A stretch of 64,000 bases of DNA from the NCBI GenBank assembly GCA_025201805.1, contig MU619360.1, forward strand, positions 4,616 to 68,615, written 5' to 3'. Position 1 is the first letter of the stretch. Each line of letters starts with the position of its first letter. Below are positions 38,992-52,338 of this stretch, in pieces. The stretch is from Parasitella parasitica NRRL 2501. Taxonomy: Eukaryota > Fungi > Mucoromycota. Under the pieces are notes generated by a model. It searched no databases, was not told the origin of the DNA, and saw only the letters and a list, made by a program, of their open reading frames with translations. The position numbers and the translations under genes are program-made.

Positions 38992-39748
38992 CGCATAAAG
39001 AAAAGTAAATCAATTAATTCAGGAAGTTGTGTATTTACCTGCTTTTTGGGTTTAGAAAAACTTAAAACCAACTAAAAAGCCTTACTCAAGACATGAGTAG
39101 CTAATTAAATCTTTTCACTAAAAAATCTTTCAAAAGCTTCAATGCAATACATGCGTTGCTTGTGAATCCTTTATGTTCAAATATGGAACAAGACAAGAGT
39201 CCCAAAAGGTCATTGACTATTACTTTTCACATGAATCCATCACCGAAATCCTGTTTTGTTTTTCGAATGAAATAAACGCCCTGAATTCTCAACCATCAGT
39301 TTCTTTCCAGCTTAAGGGCATAATACTAGATTTTAAATATCTTGGGAAAATAGACATGTTCGATTCAACAAACTATTGTGTACCTTGTATTTTCGTTTAG
39401 ATGGCAAATTATGGGCGATATTGTTATACTAATATTGTGGTGATGCTCTTTTGTTTTGGTATTGTTTGGGTACAGATGCATATTAGAAGTTATACCGTAT
39501 TATGTATAATTGATGAATATTTTTGAAGAAATTGCTCACTTCACTCGCAGCAAGTGCTGAGCCAGGCAATCGAAAACAGGAAAAACCCCTCCACAAAAGA
39601 GACGAATTTCCGAGTTTTTGGGATCAAGCCATTGTGTGCAGATCAGCTATTATGTTTTTTTTTATTGTGTTTTCAATGCATGTATGCTACTTTTAAGTAT
39701 CAATTGCATTCATCATGTCAGCGATCGATGTCCCAAAACAAAAAAATC

Positions 39749-41436
39749 TCAATCCAACGAAATAGGAGATGTTACCAACTGCTCTTCTTGATCATCATTT
39801 TCAGCGTTAACAAGTGGGCTTAAAGTGTCATTTGTAAGAGTAGGTGACACCGTGTCTGGATTGCTGCCTTGGCTCGACTTGACTCGTCTTTTGGCTCCGA
39901 CATCAATACGAGAACTTGCCGAGTCCTTGAAAGATAGCTTTTCATGATATACCAGTAAGTCACCGCCACTGGGCTTATGTTTCACATTGTCCAGAGAGCC
40001 CACTTTAGAAGAGATTTCCTTGGATTTAATAAATTCATACTTGTCGTCATAAATCTTGAGATTGCCACCACCTGGCTTGTGCTTGATGTTATCCAGAGAA
40101 CCGACTTTTGAGTTGATCTCCTTGGACTTGATGAGCTCACATTTGTCGTAAATTTTAATATCGCCTCCACCTGGCTTATGCTTGATATTATCTAGTGAGC
40201 CTACTTTGGATGCAATATCTTTTGATTTGATGAAAGCGGCACGATCATCGTAGATCTGTACCAGGCCACCTCCGGGTTTATGTTTTATGTTATCTAATGA
40301 GCCGACTTTTGAAGAGGCATCCTTGAATTTAGTCAGGGCGGTTTTGTCTTTGTAAATCTTGACTTGGCCTCCTCCAGGTTTGTACTTGATATTGTCCTTG
40401 GAACCAACCCTAGATTTGATTTCCTTGGTCTTCACTAGAGGGGTTTTCTCGTCAAAGATCTGCACCAAACCTCCTCCTGGATTGTGCTTGATATTATCTT
40501 TAGAACCCACCTTTGACTTGACCTCCTTCTTGTCAAACACTGCTTTAGCGTCGTAGATCTGCACTAGGCCGCCTCCCGGTTTGTGTTTGATGTTGTCCTT
40601 GGAACCTACTTTTGATTTGACTTGCTTAAACTTGACAAACGTCAAATTGTCGTGGTAGATTTTTACTGATCCTCCTCCAGGCTTATGCTTCATATTGTCT
40701 TTTGAGCCCACCTTGGCAGTAACATTGGCAGAGATGCGTTCTTTCAAAGCGCCTAAATTTTCGTCAAACACTCGTTTGGTGCTACCAGTTGGTCTGGGCT
40801 TCACATGACTAGGTACATGAGAGTATAGTTAATTAACTCCCTTATGGCATCTCTGTGCGCGTTTGTTGTTCGTGGGACTTACACGGAATCCGGGCGAGGT
40901 GAGGTTAAAGGAGATGCAATGGAGGACCTTTTGGATGAGCCTCTGCTTGCGTCGCTTTTCAATGTGGAGGGTCTTGTAATAACTGATAATTGAGGCGTAC
41001 TTTTCGTTCCCAAGATGTGCTGTGTAGATGGAGATTCTAAATTAAACCCACCCCTCAATATATTTAATACGTTTGCATGATACGATACACTTGGTCTTTT
41101 TTTTTTCCGCCCAATCAAAATGTGTAAAATTAACGTACCTCGACTAGTTTCACTTTCACTACTATCGCTAATTTCTGGGCTGCGCTGTGGGTTTGCAGCA
41201 GCGGCTGGCTTTGACAATTGAGCAGCCTTTTTCTTGGCAATGCCGACAGTAGATCTCCTGTCACTGATTGATGCCGTGCTATGGCTACTTGCGCTTTTGT
41301 TGTCAGCCAAAGACGGGGCTGAAAGAGGCTTTTTGCCAGATGTTGAGGGTGTCAAAGGCTGAGAGCCAAGACGAATGGATGTAGCTGTCATTTTCGATTC
41401 AGTGAGTTTCCGATGACTGTTGGTGGATGTGGCCAT
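39749..41436 (-). CDS. Tau/MAP2/MAP4-like microtubule-associated protein with 8 tubulin-binding repeats
   Basis: Exons ~41436-41139, 41036-40883 and 40808-39749 join in frame. A basic Ser/Pro-rich N-terminus precedes eight SKVGSxDNIKHKPGGG-type repeats and the R'-like HEKLSFKDSASSRIDVGA. Confidence 0.88.
39890..40723 (-). repeat. eight ~99-102-bp coding repeats (Tau-type tubulin-binding repeats)
   Basis: 33-34-aa periodicity, with synonymous divergence between copies. Confidence 0.9.
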
Positions 41437-41752
41437 CTTTGTGTAAAAGGGGGAAAAAAAGAAGAAGAAAAAAGAAAGAGGGCTTTTTCACAACCAATTA
41501 AGCAAAATCAGAATTTATAAACGCACTGTACTTTTCAGACAATAGAGCAAAAAATCCAGTTGCACAAAAATTCAATAATGCTATCCTCATCCACGTGGGT
41601 GGATGCGCCTTTTCGCTGTTCTTTTTTGTTCAAAGAGTTTATTTTATGGTATGAAATTTGGGTGGGTGTTCTTCTTTTTCTTTTAAATGTGTGTGAGTGC
41701 CCATTAAATAAAATAAAAAAAAAAGGACTTTGTATCTTTCTTTTGCTCCTCT

Positions 41753-43810
<2,058 letters not shown>

Positions 43811-44559
43811 GTTGTGTTATGTTTTTTCTGCTTTGCTGAAGAGGGAGAATAGAGAAAAAGAAGAAAAAAGATGCGTCGGGTGTAGTATCTGATATATGAA
43901 CATAAACTCTCTTGTGTTGTTTGAGTTTCGTCAACGTCACGAACATGAACGTCGGGTATTTAACGATTTAGACGTATGTCAATCACATAAACCACCTTAC
44001 TCTTACTTGAAAACATCAGTTCATAGATCAGATCTCGAAAGAGTCTTCTGTACTCGTGGATTTCTTTCGAGAAAATACAAGGAAACTGGACGGCAATGCA
44101 CTTTGGAATGCTGAGTTTCGATAGCAACATTCAGGGCAAATGTCTTTCCTTGAATCCTTCAATGTAGCCATTATGCTGATGCCAATGCAATCGAAAATCC
44201 GCTTTTAGCAGCTTTCAATAGAGGAGATATCAAGCTTTTCAGTTTTATATACATTGAGCTTAAGCTTGAGCTCAATTAAAGCGTCTGCTTATATCCCTTT
44301 CCGTGAGGTCCGTGCTTGTTTGCAAGATGATTACCACAGCCAAAGAAATTGTACAAATCCTTGCCATATATATACACACAGGGTGGAAAAGGCTAATACA
44401 CTGCTACTACGTTGTAGAATAGACAAGCGATTCACTGATATATTAGTTACATGTCTTTTGAAATCCCCCCAAGCAATCAGATATCCCGGTTTACAACTCT
44501 TTTTATTGCAAAATTCTTTTTTTTTTACATATCTTATTTTGCCCCTTGTTTATATATAA

Positions 44560-45434
44560 ATGACAGTGGCCTCTGTAGCAGCAGCCATAGTTGGTATTCC
44601 AGCGCTCCTTGTAGCAATGGCTCACATAAATTCTCTTCCGTTTTCATACACCATCAGATCTTGGTGGTTACTGCGAGCATTGGTGGCAAGAGCCGAGAAA
44701 CTTGAATTAAAGCCAGAATGTATGTTTGAGAATACAGTGCACCTATATTCGTTGCTTATATCGATCGTGTATACGTATGTAATAGATTTGTTTGCTATAG
44801 TGTCGCAATCACAGCGTTGTATGTGGGATGATATCGATTATAATCAGCATATGGTAACTACTTTATGAATGTATTGACAGTCTACAAAACTAACCACCTG
44901 GTAGAATAATAGGTTTGTTTAAAAGTTTTAAAATGCCATATCGAAAGACAGTGATACTTAGTAAGAAATATTCATAGCACATACAACAAAAACCTGGATT
45001 TCTGTAGGATTCATTTGCTCTACGTTGTTTTACCGAAAATCATGATGGAACCTGATCACAACATCTTTGCACACAATGCAGGTGTGTTTACATTATTTAA
45101 GAAGGAGATTCCACCTTTACAGCCCTACACAATTGAAACTCGGATTTGGACATGGAACGAAAAGTGGCTCTTTTTGCAACATCGATTTGTCATCACTGGG
45201 GGAAATACAGTACAAGTGTGTTGTATTGCAACTAGCAAAATTGTATTCAAATTGACATCAGGAAAAACAGTGTCGCCTGCTGAAATCTTTCAGATCTGTG
45301 GACACTTTGATACAATCCATGATCAGGTTATCGAAGCAAGAAGGCGCAAGAGCTGGGAAAGTGCTAAATATTTATTGACAATGCAACATGACTGGAGTAA
45401 TGATGGTAGAAACGCAAAGGAAGCAAAGCTATAA
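44560..45434 (+). CDS. hotdog-fold thioesterase, THEM6/4HBT-like
   Basis: DDIDYNQHM-NN-STYNKNLDFCR...FKKEIPPLQPYTIETRIWTWNEKWLFLQHRF...SKIVFK...GKTVSP. Includes an 8-nt microexon at 44905-44912. Confidence 0.8.
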
Positions 45435-47085
45435 TTTGCTAGTGATTGCGTTTAAAAATGTCGGTGAACAGTATTTCATGTTGTGTGCTATAAAGGCGTA
45501 TCATCAGAATCAATAAATTACAAACCCATCAACACTTACTTCTCCAGTCATTTTGAAGACATGTACACTTTAATTCAGCATACTTGTACAAATCCCTTGG
45601 GCAAACAGATCCAGCGCCATATTCGTAGCCTGGCACATCTGCGAACGCAATTTCTGATCGCTTTAGGAATAGGCTTGCTGCAACAGTTTGCGGCATAGCA
45701 TCACCCCATCTTTTTTTTTTTTTTCCATTCGAGTGAGTTGTATGTACATCTATACAAATGTTGCCTTATTCGACTTACTTGTGATAAAAGAACCCCCCGG
45801 AAGCGTCCAACTCGTCAAAGTATTTCGTGTATTCCTTTGATTTCAAAAATTGAAGCGAAAATATAGCGAAATTGTTGTAGATCATGCAGTTTGAAAAATG
45901 GCCGTTGTATTCGCCCAGTGGATTGCTTGGGTCTAACTGTTTGTGCCTGCTATCTTCACTCCAAAGGCCCTTGAAAATGCTTTTACTAGTCGGCTGGATA
46001 ATATCCTTGTTTTCTATGATAAACTTGTCCAAAACGTCGTTGAATTCAGCAAGGTTTTCGTGATTTTCAGTTAGTGTCAATGCAAATGCTGTGCGTGAGG
46101 TTAGCATACAATGCACGTCATATGCTGCAAAACTTACCCAATTTTTGGTTCTTTGCCTTGATTGTCTTGAAAGGATCAACTGCAATATCACAGGTATAGC
46201 GCGAACCAGCTTGCACCTTCCAATAATACTCTAAATCTTTCAACAGAGGGTGGTGAGCAATGAACCCCATGTTATATCTGGAAAGAGTGAATGAAGATTT
46301 AATTAACACGTTCGTAACAACAGCAGAAACAAACAACAAACAAACACTTGCCTAGTCATTCTTCGCCAGCTCATACTCTCGCCATTATTGATGTTGTGAT
46401 CCTTGACCATCTGCATCATATTTCTCTCAGCCTTTTTAACATCAATCCAGTAAGGTTCTTGCCATTCAATTGCTGGTGCTTGGCCAAAATACACAGGTGC
46501 CTTGCTTGCATTGGTAATCCATTCTCTGAATTTTTTAGAAAATACCTTGTCGCTAATGATAACCCATGGATATCCCTCGCGTTCATTGAAGCTGCGTTCA
46601 AGCTCTATCATTGTACTTCTTAGTTTGTAGACCTCTTCTTCCTGCACTAGTGCTACCAGGGCAGCCTTAACTTTAGTAGTTGAGTTCGCGACGTCTTCCC
46701 AGTTGAGGTAGGTATCAGGAGCAACGTAATCAGTGTTAAATGGCTTCAGCTTCTGTTGATGTGGGGCATAATTTAAGAATGAAGGGTCGTTGAACTTTTC
46801 CTTGATGCTTTTGAGAATGCTTTCTGCACTTGCATTGTATGCGCTTGATCTGTATGACGATTGATTAGGTGTGAGGAATAAGTACCCTGTAATCAATAAA
46901 ATCACACTGCCTGTCAATGACCACACAATGTTGCGCTGTATCCAAAAGAACATGCGGCTCCAGTAGGTATGGTAAATGGTTTTTGGCCACCATCTGTCTT
47001 GATTTGGTTTGATGGTAATCCGATGGGGACCAGGAGAAAGAGATCGTTCAGCGTCCAAGAGGGTTTCACCAGAATTGACCACCAT
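45429..47085 (-). CDS. alpha-1,2-mannosyltransferase, GT15 (KRE2/KTR/MNT1 family)
   Basis: Type II TM anchor; ELERSFNEREGYPWV; SWRRMTRYNMGFIAHHPLLKDLEYYWKV; CDIAVDPF; CMIYNNFAI; YFDELDASGGFFYHKWGDA. Confidence 0.9.
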
Positions 47086-47842
47086 TGAACTGTTTTCTTG
47101 TAGTGAAGGAAAGAAAGGAAAAAAGAGGAACATACAAACATAAATCAAACAAGGTACTAAAAAAATATGTATATGTTGATAATTAGTATTAATTAGGCAA
47201 GATGAAAGTGTCAACTGCAGCAGTAGTGTATTTTTTGCTCGATACAACAAGCAAATGTACATGCATTCTTCAAGCAGGAATGTCTCTCTTGAAATATTAT
47301 TATCAATATTGTAGTTTCCAATATTTTCTTACTTTCCACCTCATAAAACAGGGTAGGCCATATACAACATACCTCCGGCACACACAAGTGTACCGCTACC
47401 ACCTGGGTCTAAGTTTCTTTTTACCATTTCCAGAGACTTGCAACCTGGAAATGTTGATCTTTGGTTTTAGATCTGATGTGGCAAAAGGCCGAGATGTTGG
47501 CCTCAAAGCAATTGAACTTTCCCCTTCCCTTCAACGCTTGTAGAAACAATACCAAAGCACTAGGGAAACTAGGCTTACAGCGACGAGCTCATGAAGCGGT
47601 ATTATGATAAGGCTTTCAAGCAAAAGTTTACAATATAAGCTTTCGATAAAGGCAGGTACGATGTGTGGACGGCTCCTCCATCGCTCTTCTCAAACTGCCT
47701 ACTCGAGAGCAGCCTTATTACACATTGCAAGTAGCCCCTTCCCCCAAATAATGAGAACCGACTGTGTCATCCTTTTCCAATAGCATGGCTGTACTCTAGA
47801 ACAAATGACACGAGTTAATACAGCGATCTTTCATTTCATAAC

Positions 47843-48165
47843 TTTTTTTTTTGTAGTTAATGTTTTAAGTACTATGATTTTATTTTATGATTATGTTTTT
47901 TTTAGGGAGCAGTTTATCAGTGTAACAAACTGTCCTGGACAAAAAGTGTTCCATTGAGGCGGGGGAGAGCGGTGCCGTATTTTGATTACCGTGAAGCCAA
48001 TACAGATTCCATATTTGCCAGACGGTGGTAGATATAACGGCGGTGTATTTAGAGGGATCTTTAATAAAACGAGCAAGATGTAGATAACGCACGGTGCCAT
48101 AAGTGATTTCTGAAGTCAAAGGATAGTTGGACAGTCAATGAGAAAATGCCTCAGGGTATGTCTTA
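47843..48165 (-). mobile_element. 5'-truncated non-LTR retrotransposon (LINE) 3' end with poly(A)
   Basis: TLRHFLIDCP (zinc-knuckle remnant), then VISTTVWQIWNLYW, a stop, and an A10 tail at 47843-47852. Confidence 0.65.
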
Positions 48166-48631
48166 AATACTGCCTGAGATCCAAGGCCGCTCACCATGAG
48201 GTCTGATTCCATCCTGAGCAACACCAGCGCCATTCGGTTCAAAAGTATCGTAATAAAGTGTCAATCCTTGAAAGCAATATGCGGAGAGCAGCTTTTGGAG
48301 ACTTGGATATCAATAGTCGATTCCATTTGCGTTCCAGATGCTTGTTACTCATCCTGCGCCAATCTACATGCTTCACTCCAAACTTTTGGATAATCTTTGA
48401 TGAACTTGAGCCTTGGCCGAAACCAACGAAATCAATCGCCCAAAGTATTTTTCAAGAGGTCATCTTTTACGAAGCCTACAAGAAGAGAATGATTGGTTTT
48501 CCTTGTCGTATGTTGCTTCCTCTCTGTTTTGCGTTATTTTCCCCATCTTTACGTATAAATGTATAAATAAAGTTTGTAATATAGTATCTGCCAAGTTAGT
48601 TCACAATCCCAAGGCTTAATCGCTGCTTCTA

Positions 48632-50273
48632 CGGTTGTCTATTGACAAACATTTGTGATTCTGGGTGTATATATGTCTGTTGACTTTGGATCAAAAAATT
48701 TTAACTGGATTCAGGAACGAAGAGCGAGATTAAGAATAAACACATTTATGTCCTTGGGACTTCATAAATTTCTACACAGATAACTTTATATGAATGAATG
48801 TGTTTTGGGAGATTGCTTCCTTTTCTTTGGCATTTTCTAGTATAGAAGATCTTGTCAGCTAAGTACCAAGCTGGGTTCTCTGTATCCAGTTGCACAGTAA
48901 AACAGCTAGTCAAACCTGTGCCATCTTTTCCATAATATTGGAATGGTTCAAAAGTGTGTGCCTTTGCAAAGCCAGTGTAGATTTCAGGTGCCTGATTTTT
49001 TTTTTGGTCTATGCAAACTTTAGCGTGTCTTGTCAGAAAAAAGACAAAAAACTGTAAGAAAACAATATCTAATGATCTCAAACATAAATAAAAGTAATAA
49101 ATTAGACTATAAGACATCTTTTGATAACATATTTGCGTAGCTTAGAGCAAATTTTTGTACTTTTCAAGTTGACATCAGATGAAGGTAACGACTTTTTTGG
49201 AAAAATATTTTTCAAAATCGGAGCGTGAGATCGTCAGGCCAGGTAAAGACATGAAAGCACTATTATTAGAAAGCCAAGAAGCACACAATTTGAATATACT
49301 ATTTTTCAATTGTTTTTCTCTTAATTTGAGTAAGCTATGGTTTCTCAAAGGTGATGCTTTCTTCAAAAGAGAAAACATCATTTTTCTCTGATAGCGGAGA
49401 TTAAGCGCGTCCAAAAACAGGAAGGAGAAATTCTTTCAGAAACTCAATTTGGACATTTCGAAAACAAAATTACTCCTTTGAGGCAAGGTATCATCTTCTG
49501 ATACTATGCATACCACTGCTGTCAGTCTATGATAATAGCTGTATTTTTGGGCGCTCTATACGATGGTATCATTTCATAATTCCGGTATGCTTATGCAATT
49601 ATTTCTGTTGAGAAAACCTCAAAAACAGATCAAGAGAGAAAAGTCAACATTTTGCTTAATTAGAGCGCATTTCCAGTCTTTGAGATCAAGGAATAGACTT
49701 TCACGATCATTTTCTTTTAATATATACTATAGTAAAAAGTTGCATTTTTGGGGTCAAAATCGAGGATAATGCATAATCGACGATTTTAGATGTGTGGATA
49801 CCAAGGAAAAAATCGAAAAAATCCGTCATTTTGGATAGAAAAAAAAATCATGCTCAAATTGCACCAAAATCATATATAATATAGCTTCTTCCCAATGGAT
49901 ACTATTTCTGGTGTTTTCAAGACACTTTCGATTATGAAAATCAATCAAGAAATGGTACACAAAGCTAAATTTTATGCTTTCAAGCTGTAAAAAATATCTA
50001 TTTGGAGATGATATCAAGTCTATATCAATTCTAGTGCATGACACAGCTCTATAAAGTAAGTATTTTTGGTATCACAAGTATACCTTTCTACATAGTAAAA
50101 CGATAAAACAGGTGTGGATCTTCTCCCAGAAACTTCTCAGCTTTTATCAGAAACCCCAATACATATTATCACAAACACTGTGATATGTATCATTTACTTG
50201 AACTTTTTTTCCCAGAAACTGCAAAATGACAGTATAATGCGCCCTTCCATCCAGGCTTTCCGTCCGTCCAAAA
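48632..50273 (+). repeat. left inverted arm
   Basis: Reverse complement of 52339-53955. Confidence 0.9.
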
Positions 50274-50457
50274 TTAAAAAAATTTATAACGTGTCCGTCC
50301 ATTTAGGCTTTCCGTCCGTCCAAATTATAAAAAACCTCTGTGTCCGTCCAGCCAAATTAAAAAAACCCCTATAAAGTGTCCAAGCCAAGATAAAAAAAGG
50401 TGCCTTCACAGAAAAGTAATAAATGAATTCCTTACTTTTCATTTTTCTTTGGAACAA

Positions 50458-52110
50458 ATGTCTCACGAAAATTGCTTACAATGCGAAGAAAAAGTTTCTT
50501 CCAATAAACACAAATATGAATACCATATCCAGACGATAGACGTACAAGTAGGAAAAGATATGCAAATATTAAAGTCTTATGAAATGTGTGCTAAATTCTT
50601 CAGTAGAGACTATCATTTGCGTTAGAAACGAGAATGGTGAATTCATTTGCCCATTATGTTCGCGTCTTTACGTTACTGCTTCGTCAATCAGTAAGCATCT
50701 CCGAAATATACCCAACAAGGGAGAGGAGCTCTCTTTGACAGTAGTACCACGTTCATCAAAACCTGTAATTGCTGAAAAGCAGATTGAAGTAACCAGCCCA
50801 ATATTCCGTAATAATAACAATGCAATTTTAAATGCAAGTGGGTTAATACACCGAAGCCGTCATGAACAAGTATCGTCTTTGAAAATAATAAGGGCTTTAG
50901 ATTTGGAGCCTTTTACATTTGTTGATTCAAATAACAACGAAGAAAATGCACTGGCGCATAAAGATGTTATTAACAAGATTATAGGAATGAAACGACCACC
51001 ACAGATCTAACATTGTTCACCAGTCAAAAGAAAATGCGAGTGTCTGGGAGAAAGCAGTAATAATTGTCAAGTTTTAGGAAGTATTAGCCTTCAAAACATA
51101 ATCGCAAGTAGTTACATGCTAAATATTTGAATGAAAAAAAATATTTCGAGATGGACGACGATACATGCAAATTACTAAATAACGACTGGGCTTTTCGGCC
51201 TCAAATGCGATTTTTCTGCACCCGTGTTCTTTCAGGGGCTATACTGGTCAATAGAATGACTGGTGAAACACTCCTTATTAACACAATTGAAGTATATGGA
51301 CGTTTTAGAACGATCGACAGTCATTATGAAAGATTTAACATAAAAAAAAATACTTCCACCAAATTCTTTACCACCAAACAATGCTAGATACAAAAACCTT
51401 TGTTTAAAGGCAGTAAGAGATCCGGATGGCGTAAAACTGCTGGTGGGAACGAAAGTATTTAATGGTTTAGTAACTTCGAGCACAAGAATTGACAGAGACC
51501 TACTTCCGGAAGTAGGGCCAACAACATCAAACTTTGTATTAAACGGAGAAGATGCTGGGATGATTGAAATATACATTGACAAAACAGCATGGTACGATGC
51601 AAAAAAAATTGGCAGAAGACGAATTAGCGCAAGAAGTTTATTCATTCAATATCCTTTACCAGTTGAGGCAACTTCGATCAAAATTTCATCACTATTCCAT
51701 ATATTTTAGCAGTAGAGGAAGCTCCACTGATACTAATGATCATATGATACAGCCTTACACAATATGGACATACTGCAACTTTGATAGTCGAAATGATGAA
51801 TATTCTGATGGAAGAATAGCCTCAAAACTAATTCATAACATTGCTATTCGAGTTATAAAATAACAGGAAGCAGCCACAGTTGAAGAAAAGATGATACGGA
51901 ATCTTATTTCGCAATGTAAGGGTGAGAAAGTAAAAGAATGCATGGAGAATATACTTGATTTGTTTGATGAATCAAAACAAATCAAGATAATTGAAAACAA
52001 AGTATTAAATGATGAATTATGTAAACTTGCAGTTATTTTAAACCCTTAAATTGCAAATGCGAACAATAATGTGATGAAATCAATTTCGATTCCAATTAAA
52101 AGGACATAGG
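50458..52110 (+). pseudogene. C2H2-zinc-finger-containing cargo gene of unknown family, disrupted
   Basis: MSHENCLQCEE...HKYEYH, an intron, then VRNENGEFICPLCSRLYVTASSISKHLR. Continues through ORFs 51127, 51443 and 51564 with stops and frameshifts. Confidence 0.65.
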
Positions 52111-52338
52111 TTCAGTCAGTTACAAATATTTTAGTATGCCATTCCAGTGTAACAGGTATGTTGGTTAAATATCATTGCATCTATTTTTATTACTGCGTCC
52201 GTTTTTTCGAATAAAGTATCGAGTTTTAAACAATTCACCTATTTCTTTCACAAAATGCTTACAGATGTTGAATAAAGAAATAATAGACTTTTTACAATAT
52301 TTTTGTTTGATGGGACGGACAAATGATGCCTCTTTATA

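Noticed and set aside
39890-40723. Repeat-spacer pattern resembling a CRISPR array
   Set aside because: Repeats vary at synonymous positions and stay in frame, so they are protein repeats. No cas genes; eukaryotic context.
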